A stretch of 64,000 bases of DNA from Saccostrea cucullata (Eukaryota): the NCBI RefSeq assembly GCF_032062105.1, contig NW_026928409.1:124001-188000 (forward strand). Reading direction: 5' to 3'. Position numbers and translations under genes: made by a program. The notes beneath the pieces are model-generated. The model saw nothing but the letters and a program-made list of their open reading frames with translations. It did no database searches and had not been told where the DNA came from. Positions 42,534 to 55,083 of the stretch are shown piece after piece (the first letter of the stretch is position 1; every line of letters begins with the position of its first letter).

Positions 42534-42902
42534 CAGTGTTTGAAACAATATTTCATCCCAAAGGACACAGCGGCAAAGCAGACTATTTCAAGTTATACAA
42601 AAACCAGCCACAAAAAATTCTTTTCTCTCAATATCTCTGGTTTTACCACTTTCAAAAACATATATGCCATGTGGCAACGCACTTTGAAAAAATTACGCAC
42701 TTTGAAAAAAAATTTTCAAAGTGCATAAACACTTCAAGAGAAAAAATTTCTCAAAGTGCGTTAAGAGTGTACATCAACATTTTATACTATGGGGACATTT
42801 AACGCACTTTGAAAAAAAATTATATAAAAAAAATTTACACCATTGAGAAATGTCAAATTGTTATGAGAACAAGGTGGAAGATCCAAATTTTTCTATACAC
42901 TG
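42534..42902. mobile_element. Tc1/mariner-type MITE
   Basis: TA-CAGTG...CACTG-TA ends; internal acgcactttgaaaaaa repeats. Confidence 0.5.
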
Positions 42903-43865
42903 TACATAGCTGTAGGTAGCAATTTGAAAGTGGAACCCAATTTTCAATGCCTATAAAATGTATACGTATATCTATAAATGCAAAACATATGTTAGAGTTC
43001 TCTGATATCTACACCCAAATATTTTTATTTTTAACTATCGAAATTTTAATAAAAGCAAAATATGCTGAAAAATTGGTAAAAGATTTTTTGAGAGAGAAAT
43101 ATATATAAAAATCAAAATCGCTGTAATTTGAAGATTACCGAAAAGTTATCCAAAAGGCTCAATTATTTAAATTCATTGAAATATGGAAATAATTTTTTTT
43201 CAAAGCAGAGAAAACATAAATCTTTGAAAAGAAATTTTATTTTTTCAAAGTGGTAGATTCAGGTCCCATGTAAGAGCAAGCATTTTTCATAGTGCGTTGT
43301 AAACCTGCAGCGTGCTCTTTAATTTCAATCATGAAAATATCTAACACCATGGAAATGTCAAAGTTATTTGGAAGTCCAAAGACAATTCAGTGTGCAAAAA
43401 ATACTTTGATATCAGATTTTTTTTCCATTTAATGAAAGCAAAATATGCTGTAGGTAGATTTTTTTTACAGAGAAATAATATAAATGTTTTGACAAGTTCA
43501 CTGTATTGACAATTAAAGAACCTGTTAATTTTCTGACATCTGAATTGTGCATGTTTTTTTTCCGTAGAAATGTCAACCATTGCTTTTTTTATAATCAGTA
43601 TACTTTTGACAAGTTCATAATTGACAATTAAAGAACTTGTTAATTTTTCCTGAAGGATGTTTTTTTGTTTTAGAAATTCAACCACGTTTTTTTTGAATCA
43701 ATTAATCTGTTATATGTATACACTGACTCATCCAAACAACATTTCAAAAAAACACAACAACAAACTAACAAACAAACAAACAAACAAACAAAGACAAACA
43801 CAAGTCTTGAAATTCTAAAGAATATTATCATCTTAAATCTCAACGTACAACTATCTGTTTTATAT

Positions 43866-44633
43866 TCAACCAAGAAGGGATAGTGCAACTTCATGAAGAT
43901 CTCTCAAATCTGAAAAAAGTAGGAAAAGAACATTATTTAAGTACGTTACATGCATGTGTTGTCCAAACGATTTCTGTATTGCTTTATCCATGATTTTGGT
44001 TCATTTCATAAAAATTATTAACTTACAAACACATTTGTAAGCCACCATAATGTACATGTTGCAGCATACGATGTGTTCCTTTGGGCATCGGCCTTCAACA
44101 ACTGTTTTATAGTATTCAGTTACATATGTTGTTACTGGTCTACAACAGAAATAAAGCAGATATGTTTCATCAATTTAAAAGAAATACATAGTTTTGCTTT
44201 TCCAAAATCTTGCATTTTACGAAAAGTATCATACATACTTGTCATTTACAAGATGATGCCTTGCAACGGAACGTGATTTAGTAACCAGTGGTAGAGGTGT
44301 ATTTCTGCAGCAAAGATGTTCCCTTAAAAAAAATTACAGGCGACTGTTTTAAAACCACCAGGTATATATTAAAAAAACAACTTTGAATCCCCCCAAACAG
44401 CACAAGACGAGTACATACCCTGTAAGTGTTGCCCGTACAAGTCTTTGTAATGATGGTGGAAGATCTCGTTCATCAGCCCTAGCCAGGGCCTTTAGTTCGT
44501 CTTCACTTAAAGTTTCCTCAGCTCTTACTTTTCTGATTATTGGTTTCAATGAAAAATCATCACAAAATCCGACAAGAATTAAATTTAGAAATAAAACCAA
44601 AAGAAATATTCTCTTCATGCTGGTAGTCGCCAT
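43866..44633 (-). CDS. Secreted EMI-like prepro-protein, copy D, 6-Cys short form (151 aa from first ATG, 4 exons)
   Basis: Exons 44633-44419, 44322-44239, 44139-44027, 43909-43866. Pro-piece ...DLPPSLQRLVR; EHLCC-x40-CPKEHIVCCNMYIMVAYKC; ends LHEVALSLLG*. Confidence 0.85.
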
Positions 44634-45129
44634 TTTCTAATTTTCAAAGAGATAAGACGGCCAAGGGTCATAGGATATTATATTTGAATTCCATTAAGAC
44701 ATTTTCTTATGGCTAGACAATAAGTTTTGAAAATTGAGACATCATGTGTTATTTTTCGATTTTATTTTATGAATCATTTGATAAGAAAGTATAATACTCT
44801 CATTTTAATAACATATGTTTTGAGACTAAATTACATCACATCTGATTCGCATTTATTTTCCAAATGATAGAGTACTAGTCTTGTCCTTCGCAAAGTTACT
44901 TAAAAACTTCATTCTGATATCAGTTATAAATATTGAAATTTTCCGTTTAAAATTTTTACTAGAATAATGTAAATAAAAGAAATAATAAATGGAAAATATT
45001 AGTGTTTTATTCACCAAATAATTTCAAAATGAACAATATGATAATGTAACTATTAACAATTTTAACAATCATTACTTCCATTCATATGACGACTCTATAT
45101 ATTCCAATGAACATGAAATAAAAAGATAG

Positions 45130-45600
45130 CACGACATTTAATACAGTTGTTTCATGTTTGGATATGTTTCAAGAAAAGTTGTTAATGATGACAATGCAGC
45201 AAAAATTTATGATAAAAGTGATGACTTCAACTATTTGATCTTTAACCCTTATTTATATAGCAATAGATATGAACCTGTCAAGCCTGCATATACACTTTAT
45301 GTCAAATAGAAGCGATACCCAAGAATATTCTTGACGCACGAACGATTTGTAGAACGATTCAAGATTTTGGCAAACAAATGATCGACGAAACAACAAATAG
45401 CCACATTTTCGTTTCATTTATCATCATTTACCTATTCTATGGTCAATACAATGACTTTTTCGGCAACTATAATCTTTAAGTCATATGTTGACTGATGTTT
45501 TTCAAACTAAATTTTGGGCTTTTATTTTACCATTTTTCCAAAAATAATAAGGTGCACAGAGCAGATGTGACCAGTTAACAGTGTATGCTCGTCCCTATAT
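45130..45600 (+). mobile_element. Decayed Penelope-like RT 3' fragment
   Basis: tatgataaaagtgatgacttc (YDKSDDF) and a terminal gtgaccagttaacagtgtatgct motif similar to the element at 9240-9880. Related minus-strand remnants at ~35500-35960 and ~51290-51650. Confidence 0.5.
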
Positions 45601-45714
45601 GGAAATTTATTCAACCTGTTTGCTCTGCTTCTAGTTTGTTTTGTTTCAATAGACTTTTGATCTTGAGTACTACTGTGAAATCATTAAATTTTGTGGAGGA
45701 GGGGGGGGGGGTAA

Positions 45715-46150
45715 TTATGCGCCTGGATCGATAGATCCGGGGCGTATATTGTTTTTGTCCTGTCTGTCTATCTGTTTGTTTGTTTGTTTGTTTGTTTGTC
45801 TGCAAACTTTAACCTTCGCCATAACTTTTGAACCATGAAATATAGAGACTTCATATTTGGTATATATACTCCACTAATTTTGCTCTTTCAAATGACGCCA
45901 AGGTCAATGACCTTGTGACCTTGACTGTGACCTGTATACTAAAAATAGCATTTTAGTACCTTCGCCATAGCTTGTGAACCATAAGAGATAGAGACTTCAT
46001 ATTTGGTGTGCATACTCCACTAACCAGGTTCTTTCAAACTACCGAACTACAATGACCTTGTGGCCTTGACTGTTTCCTATATGCTAAAAAACAGCTTTTT
46101 TGCGAATTTTGTTGCCGCCGGGTGCATAGTGTTTCACAAACACATCTGGT
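45715..46150 (+). mobile_element. HINE/Helentron-like element
   Basis: 5' hairpin ctggatcgatagatccgg, (TGTT/TGTC)n microsatellite, gaccttgtgaccttga core repeats, 3' end catagtgtttcacaaacacatctggtt. Confidence 0.7.
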
Positions 46151-47814
46151 TTTTTTTTTTTTTTTGATTTCGAGGTATGGAGAGACCATCAGGTCCATAA
46201 CCACCTCGAAATGTAAAACTTCGTATGCATAACTACTCAACACTTCTCCAACCTCCAAATCAAATCCCACAAACCAACATTTCTTTCTCAACCTTGAAAC
46301 TTATCTCCATATTTCATTCATAACAATTTAAAGTTCAGTTTGAAAATTTATCATCGGTAAATTGTATTGTTTAGGTTTTATGACTTAGGCAGTCATACAT
46401 GTATAAGTTAAAGAAAATTATTTATTTAAGACTTTTTCTACCGGATGCATGTGCTCCAAAAATGCTAGTCATGAAAAACTGAAAATGTTAAAATTAGGAG
46501 CCATTGTTGTTCATGGAATGAAATCGGTGCTCTACTTAGCAAAATATATTCCTAACATGAAAGGATTCGTAGTTTTAAATATTAAAAAATACAAAAAATT
46601 ACTTATAGCAAATAAATAGTTAAAAAGGACGTTGTAAGAAGCTACATGTAGTTAGTGATTATTTATAATTTATATATTTGTACTTCTATTAAAGACAATG
46701 TTATAAACAAAATAAAACGTACCCGGTTTACAAATCTCATTTCGTAGCATAATCGGCTCTCGGCCATTTTCAGCCCTCTTGTTAATGTTGGATATTGATA
46801 CATGGTCAATGTGGGAAAGACTATACATTTTTTTTATCAATCTAACCCAATATTCACCAATATAAGTTTAATAACCCTAAAGTATCGGTTTTCAATGTGA
46901 TTTTGATGTAAACAAACAAAAAGCTACTCCTCTTACATGTTGCACACCATGGTTATTCAGTGTATATAAATGAACAGAAAATTTTGTGAAAAACTTTCAA
47001 AATCCTACCTGTCCTTCAATTTTTGGTCTGATTTCAATATTATAACTTGGCACACAAGTAGACTACACTCAGATACATGATTCTGTGTATCGGTTTTTGA
47101 TTTCGATGAACGGTATTGCCGTGGTTACTAAAAATAGAAATTTTTGTGAAATACTTTCAAATGCTACCAAAAATCTAGAGAATTTTAGAGTTTAATATCT
47201 GGACGGTTTATTGACCGCTGAGTTTGTATTACATGTACGAATATGCCCGAAACATTCCGAATACGAGCGTTCAATATCGAACGCCTCGATGTAAACAAAA
47301 AAAATGTCGTCTGGTCGAATTCTCAGAACTAAATTAAAGAAAGGAAGTGGATCTAGGTAAGATGTGTTTATTTTTCACACAAAAATGAAATTATTTATTA
47401 AAATATAGTGCGTACTAGACCAATTAAAACCTAAATAAGCAAATCATATCGCTCGGTAGGGCCATCGGAATAATTTGAAAACCGATACTAAAAAAACATT
47501 AATTTTAGTTTTTTTTTAGATGGAATAATTATTATGAATTAAGTGGAAATGTTTTAGCTATATAATGCTTTGCTGGCACTGTCTGTTCAAATGCACTCGC
47601 AAGCTCGTGCGTTTGAACGGCCAACTTGTGCCAATATTCACCAATATAAGTTTAATAACCCTAAAGTATCGGTTTTCGATTTTGATGAACGATGTTGCCA
47701 TGGTTACTAAAAATAGAAAATTTTGTGAAATACTTTCAAACTGCTACTCCAAATACAATTTTAGTCGGATTATGATATAATGTGGCATGCAAATAGATTA
47801 CACTGAGATACATA

Positions 47815-48468
47815 ATTATGCCCCCCTTCGAAGAAGGGAGGGTATATTGCTTTGCTGCTGTCTGTTGGTAGGTCTGTCGGTCCACCAAGTTTCCGTTCAT
47901 TTTCTTCGCAACGGTTACACATACTGAAATAAAATTTGGTATACAGATTTATCTTGAGAATATCTAGGTCAACTTCGGTTTTAGGTACGATCGAGCCATT
48001 TTTGACAGAGTTATGCCCCTTGGATTTAGAAAAAAAGCCAAATATTTACAATTTCCATTTATTTTCTTTGCAGCATATTTTATACATTTTTTTATATATT
48101 TTTATACATGTTTTAGTTTGCACATACTAAAATGAAATTTGGTATATAGATTTATCATGAGAATATCTAGGTCAAGTCTGGTTTTGGGTACGATCGAGCC
48201 ATTGTTGACAGAGATATGGCCCTTGGACTTAGAAAAAGCCAATTATTTGCAGTTTCCGTTCATTTTCTTGGCAGAGGTTGCACAAACTGAAATAAAAAAT
48301 TTGGTATACAGATTTATCAGATGGATATCTAGGTAAAGGTTTTGTTTTGGGTATGATCCCATCATTTTTGACATTTTTGACAGAGTTATGCGGACTTATG
48401 TCGTTTTGGACGTAGAAAAATTCCAATTTGGGGGAAGGGGCATAAGTATTTTACAAACATCTCTTGTT
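47815..48468 (+). mobile_element. HINE/Helentron-like element with three internal tandem units
   Basis: ttatgccccccttcgaagaaggg start; units at ~47925, ~48125 and ~48285; end ggggcataagtattttacaaacatctcttgttt. Confidence 0.7.
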
Positions 48469-48799
48469 TTCATTTTGTTTAAGTTTTGGTTTTTTATGTT
48501 GATGAATGGTGTTGGCAAGGTAACTAAAATTAAAAATTCTGTAAAATTTGATTAAAAGCTTATCTTACAGTTGTAGTCTTATGGCAATCTTGCCACAAAT
48601 AGAAAATAAATCAATTACCATAACTCTATTTATTGCTGTTGTAAAGTTTCAAGTCACATCTCCTACTTTTCTCTTCCTTTGTAATAAGTACAAACCAGTA
48701 GACCTATAGTCTCGATAGAGATTTCTGGGTTTTTCACACATTACATGTATCAAGCCATGAATTAATCATGGTAGAGGGTAAAAAAAACAAACAGATATA

Positions 48800-49866
48800 C
48801 GAGGGGCTATCAAAAAGTTCGTGGACTAGCGCAATAATTAAAACCGCTTTAGGTACATCAATGAATTTTAAAATATTTAGCTATTATCTTTTCTATCTAT
48901 AGAATAAACCACAAATCATCAATTTTATTTTTAAATAAATAAGTAAAGTTTTCATAAGCAATGGTATGTCCAGGCGCAACCTCGAAAACGACGTTTTTTC
49001 GACCTAAATGTAACTAAGATAAACTATTTTGATATGAACATTTGACATCCAAAAATCCCGTAAATTCAGGTAAGTGTTAGGACACTATGGTTCTATAAAA
49101 TATGAAATTTTTACCTCATTCTGGAAGTTCTGTGAAATTTTATTTTAAATTTTACATGGAGTATCCAAACAAATATTGCCTTGAAAATGACGTCAAAAGG
49201 AGGAGGGTTTCCTTTTCCAACATTCTATAAAGTTTTGCCACTGAAAAAAACTGGTACATGTATACACCTAGGAAATGTTTAAACTGACTAATTAGAAATA
49301 ATTTGCATTCAGATTACTTGTTTTTTAATGCCAAAATAGATTCAGAAAGAAAAGGGATGCAAAGTTAATGTCGATTTGTAGTCAAGGTTTGAAAAATCTA
49401 TCATGTCAAATAATGACGTTCATCATGTGTTTTAGCTATATTGAACTCCAAATAAACAAATATGCTGGCACAATCAAGCGAGGATCTCTCCCAATCTATA
49501 AATCCATTTGCAATAATATATGCAATGAAAGCTGCTGTTCATGACATTGTAAGGTCATAAAAACAAGATGGGTTGAAGTCCTTACTCAGCTCTAGGGAAT
49601 CTCATCAAAATAAGTGTTCGAGGTAGAAGAAGCGGACATTGAAAAATAATGACGTTGTCGGACGTCATGAAAGTAAGCGGCGACGGCGCCGGATGATCAT
49701 ATAATGTTTTTTTTATAATAATTTGGGAAATAACGAACGTATCAAGCTCAAATTGTCAACATTTCTTTGCTTTTTGTTGTTTTATGTTCCTTATAAATTT
49801 TGTAAGCTCAGACAACAAAATACTAATTTTATAGCCTCAGTCTACGAACTTTTTGATAAACTCTCG
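48800..49866. mobile_element. Non-autonomous mariner-type transposon
   Basis: TA-CGAGGGGCTATCAAAAAGTTCGTGGACT ... AGTCTACGAACTTTTTGATAAACTCTCG-TA: TIRs with TA duplication. Confidence 0.8.
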
Positions 49867-51849
49867 TAAATGTATTAAGAGCACAACATTTTATGTCCAT
49901 GTTTACTCAATGAACTTATCAGTATCAAATGATTAGAACTAAGAATTAGGTATCAATCGAAGTACAGTCAGTAACGATACTGGAAAGGGTTGGAAAGGTT
50001 GGCGTACTGTTATGTATCCTTACACCGACTCTTCAGAATTTCAATAACAATAGATAAGAATGTGTGCGTATGTAATGCTGGTCAGGGCCAAAGTTGCAAA
50101 AACACGTGATAGTTCTCACGGAGTAAATTTAAGGACATGGCCGATTTCCGGGTCACATGTTGAACCCTTTGTTTACTAGCATTGAATGTATGAAGATTAG
50201 GGAGAAAATCTTGTTCATTATTGTAGCATATTAAATCAAGAGCAAAAATGTTTTAAACATAGACCCCATAATAAGTATATTTTTTGAGTTCTTAATAAAC
50301 AATCAGAGACAACAATAATTTTGATACAATCAGATTTCTTTGTGTAAGGTTTTAGTGTGCATACATGTATGCCAGGGGATAATAAGCGTGTTCTCCCCAG
50401 AACCCTTTTTACAAAACATACTAAATAAAACGTCAAATTCATCAAATAATAAAAAGTATTTTCATGTTAATCTCACATTGAACAATGCGTTATGCTAATC
50501 ATTGTAAAATACCTGAAAGTATAATTTAAAATAAAATTATTCAAAAGTCCTTTATCAAGTATAAAACTATTTAATTTATTGCAAAAAAGTGTTTTGGTAG
50601 CCAAATTAACCTCTAAACTGTGTATTTCTTTCCTAAAACCTCTTATCACTAGAACACTCCTCCTTTATTGTATAAAAATCCTATTTGCCGTTTGTTTCTT
50701 CCTTTAATTATCTGTTTGAAATTCTCGAAAATATTACTTATAATGTAAAATAATTGTAACAGACTGCTAATATTATTATGAGAAATAAACCAATCTTGTA
50801 AAGGGAGACGATTCAATTTTCCAGAGAGGAAAACTAACATCTCAAATAAAAATAGAAGAATGGGTAAAAAAAAATCACAGATTTAACGGATATAGGGATA
50901 ATTCAGACCAAATCCTCCTTCAAGTAAAATGTATACATTTTAAATGTGGCTAAAATTGTGAATAAAGAATAAAGATACTGTTTTTTAGCTTTTCATCAAA
51001 TCAACACCAGCTTTTAGCTCTACTCTAGTTTAAAACCATACCACTCTTCTTGTTGGAGAAAGGGTATAATGCTGTATCTGAAAAGTGAAAACTCTAAAAT
51101 TATTATAGGTATACAAGATAACGATATTCTGAAGACGTATTTCATTTAATGGTTATGATAAAAACAAAATATTTTGAGGCTTCGTCAAACTTACTTGATG
51201 TTATGAGGATGATAATTCATTTAATAGTTTGCAATAAAAGTAGTATAGTTTTTTATAATTATTTCAATGAAATATATGGAGATAACGAATATGGTATTAA
51301 AGCTCAAAGTTCATTAAACATGATAAATTTTGGAGCACGTCTAAAATATCAGATATCGAATCAAGTGTTTTGTCGTCCGGCCACACCCGCTGTGTGTTCT
51401 TTGTATATGTTCCTTGTCATGATCCAGAAATAAAGGAGATTTCTATCGAAAATTCAGTGTGTAAAAAATGACCTAACGATTAGTATGAAAAATGGCAGTC
51501 AGCTTTTGACTTAATGATAAATTGTATTTGCCAATAAGATATCGACGAAATGATGACTTTAAACAAGACTGTTGATATTCCTGTTCCATCAACTTGTTTG
51601 TCAATGGCTAACCTCGTTTTAGAAATTGTTAATACGTAGAGCATGCATCTAGAGTAACCAATGCTAGTTAAAATCTTATATCATCAGAAATCTGTTAACT
51701 AATCATGACCTCAGAAGATTATTAGATTATTCCTTAAAACATTCCTTTGAAGAGATTTTATGAATTGTGGCTCCAGCCTCCCAGCAAGGTCACTATAGAT
51801 TGGAATTGAATATAATGAAATATAAACATAGAATACCGGTAACTAAAGG

Positions 51850-52070
51850 TCGCATGGCGCAATGGTTAAAGGGTTTTCTCTAGAGTCGCGGAGCAAGGAT
51901 TTGAATTTTACACCACACGTATGAATCACAATCTGAGATATCTAGGACGTAGGGACACGCCCTTCGTGTGAGACCGTATAAACCGAGGTCCCTTGTCGCA
52001 GAAGGTTCTGGAACGAAGAAGATCCATAACTTTCCAGAAACGACTATGCTTTGTGGCACGTTTGGGGAAA
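51850..52070 (+). mobile_element. tRNA-derived SINE (degenerate)
   Basis: tggcgcaatggttaaa A-box; body gtataaaccgaggtcccttgtcgcagaaggt shared with the copy at 25862. Confidence 0.6.
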
Positions 52071-52418
52071 AAAATCAAAAATGAGAAGAATTTTTTTAGA
52101 CTACACACGACAGACAGCCGACGAACAAATTTCAATCAATAAAGCTCTCTTGAGCTTTTGGCTGAGGTGAACAGAAAGGAAAAAACAATTAATTTTGAAG
52201 AATCCTATAGCTTATTTGCTAGATGACGTCATGTTCAAGGTGTTTTTCATAGTTGTGATAAAAGCATTGAAATTTGGGGCTCTTATACATTTTATGATAG
52301 AAGACGTTCTGTTGCGGAAGTTTTTCATTTAATACTAGTAGTGATAATAAAAAGTAACCAAATTTGAAGATATTTCTTCAACAAAAAAGTATTTCAATGT
52401 TTATTGCACAAATTATGT

Positions 52419-54964
52419 TTAACCAAGAAGTCCAGCTTGCATAAGATCTATCAAATCCTGCTTGTAGGCCGCTGCTTCACCGAGCACTGCAATGGAAAAA
52501 ATATCAGAATTACTAGGAAATATTCATCTGTAAAAGTCTCTTCTATTAAATAATGAATTTCAACAGAGAGAGTGTAATACATACGCATGCAGTTTCCAGT
52601 GATGTTTACGTAATGGTTACAACAAACAATGTTTGTATTGGGACACTGCTGAATCAGAGGCATCTCCTCGTAAGTCAGATGGGTGATCAGTTTCTCTCTG
52701 TAACATTTTTAAGATATGAAAGTTTTCTAGTTACCTATTTCAAATAAGTTAATAATTCTGTGCGATGAATTTAGAAATTTTTTTCTACTGTAGTTTAACA
52801 TATTGAGCAGTTTCCCTAGCAAAAAATCCTTTTTAACATATTCATATCTTAATTCTTTTTCAAGGTTCTATTGTCCATTCTTATTAACATTGATAAAATT
52901 GGTTGATATTCTAAAATTTGGATAACTTACTGATATCTCAATTCATTTTGATGGCATTTTCCACTGTTCAGAAATCCACATGAATTTTCTCCAACCTGAA
53001 CTTGAACTCCGACCTTTACTATTTCGCTGACGACCTTTGACACTGTCTTATAACCAATAGGAGAACTTGTATCGGTGGAGCAGCAAAAATGTCTATATAA
53101 TAAACATAAAAACATTAGTAAAGAATTCAAATGATACAGTGTTTACAATTAAATGTGTTGATAATCGCAAAGCAACAAATATAAAAATCTATAACTCCTC
53201 CTTTTCTCTAAATTCAAAAATTAAAAAAAGCTAAAAAAGAATTTAATCTATTTCTCTTTTTTTAATTACCAAAGAAATTGAGTACTGTATAAGAAACACT
53301 TTTGTATTATCATTTTCTCTTCATAATTTTATTTGATGACGATTTAAAATAAATGCATCACTTCATATCATTCACATAACGCTATAAAAATATACAACTA
53401 AAAGTTTATGTGAATGGGGTATCTGAAGAAAATAATATAACTCAAAAATTCGAATCAAGCCTTTTAATTCATTTTAAATAGAGAAACAGGTAAATTATTC
53501 ATTGAATTGGAGCCAGTCAAGGGATTTCCCAGTCAAAGCCCCCTAATAAAAACGTCCCGGTCAAAGCGTCCCCCGATTTTAGTCAAAGCGCCCCCTAATT
53601 TTGGTCAAAGCACCCCCTAACATATTTTTATAGAAAAAATACCGTCCCCAAATATTGGTCAAAGCGTCCCCTGATTTTAGTCAAAGCGCCCCCTAACATA
53701 CTTTTCTATAAAAAATTCATTACTGTCCCGAAGAAATGATCAAAATGCCTCCTGATTTTGATCAAAGCGTGTTCTGGTTTTGGTCAAACGCCCCCTAACA
53801 TATCTTGATAGGATTTTGGGAAGGGGTGGGGGTAATTACAGAGGGCTCAGGTAAAATCAAGATGTATAATTTGCGTATTTCTGGCTTTTATTTCGGAGTT
53901 CGAAAAATCTTGCATGGTGCCAGTAAAAAAATCAGGGGACATTTTGTCCATTGCTTGGGGATGGATTCGAAACGATTTTTTTCTACTGATAGAATTATAT
54001 TAGGGGGCGTTTTGACCAAAATCTGTGACGCTTTGACCAAAATCGGGGGCATTTTGACCAATTCTTGGCGACGGTTTCGAAACGATTTTTTTTCTAAGAA
54101 AAAATATGTTAGGGGCGCCTTGACCAAAATCAGGGGGCGCTTTGACTAAAATCAGGGACGCTTTGACTACAATCATGGGACGCTTTGACCAATATTCGGG
54201 GGAGGTTGTGTAACATCATTTTACTGTAAAATTCTATAAAGGGGCGCTTTGACCAAAACATAAAGCCGCCCCCCTAATGAAACCGTCCCGGTCAAAGCGT
54301 TCCCGATAATGGTCAAAGCGTCCCCTAATTTTGGTCAAAATGCCCCATGATTTTGGTCAAAGCGCCCCTTTATAGAATTTTACAGCAAAATGCCAAAGTG
54401 TAAAGCTGCCAAAGTTCTCCTACCATATTGTTGAAATGTTAACAATGTTTTCAAATTTTAAATCGCTTAACTATGACCTCTCAATGGATCACTTATGGTA
54501 TCGCAGCCTATCACATTGTGTTGAAAGTGTCAAAGGGGAAAAACAAAGAAATATAAACAGAAAAGTAAAAATTTTCTTGTCAAATATGGAATTTATTTTA
54601 CGTATAAAACAATATTTTCATAATTTCAATTATGCACACTCACAAAAAATATCAATAAAACATCTGTTCCACTCATGAAATAAATTTCATATCCATCTAC
54701 CAAATATTGAATACATTCAACTGAATACATTTATTTCTTATTTACAAAGATAAATCAGGAGTAAATCAGGAGTACTTACGAGTTATCCCCAGTTTTTGTT
54801 CTTCTTCTCAAAGCAACTTGTAACCGAAAAGGAAGATCGCTAAATTTGGCGTTGGCGAGAATTGCAAGTTCCTGAGGAGTAAAGGGATTCTTTATAAGAT
54901 GGGAGGAGAGCAGGTAGCACGATCCTAGGATTAGCAGAGACAGGGATATGATTCCTTGTGCCAT
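52419..54964 (-). CDS. Secreted EMI-like cysteine-rich prepro-protein, copy E (175 aa, 4 exons)
   Basis: Exons 54964-54780, 53092-52931, 52697-52585, 52486-52419. Pro-piece ...SDLPFRLQVALRRR; HFCC-x33-CGFLNSGKC-x25-CPNTNIVCCNHYVNITGNC; ends KQDLIDLMQAGLLG*. Confidence 0.88.
53530..54390. repeat. Foldback element of ~22-bp modules in intron 1 of copy E
   Basis: ggtcaaagcgccccct-type modules run forward at 53530-53800, reverse at 53930-54260, and forward again at 54270-54370. Confidence 0.75.
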
Positions 54965-55083
54965 GATTGCCAGTGAGAATTTACCAACAGTCAAAAGATA
55001 AAAGAGTTGACGAGATCTTATCGAAGAACGCGTCATAACAGTTATTCAAAGATGGCCGCCTGGTGGACTCGAAGGAACAAATT

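Noticed and set aside
54965-55036. Upstream in-frame ATG extending copy E by 24 aa
   Set aside because: It would displace the signal peptide, and paralogues start at or near the hydrophobic stretch; unresolved without TSS data.
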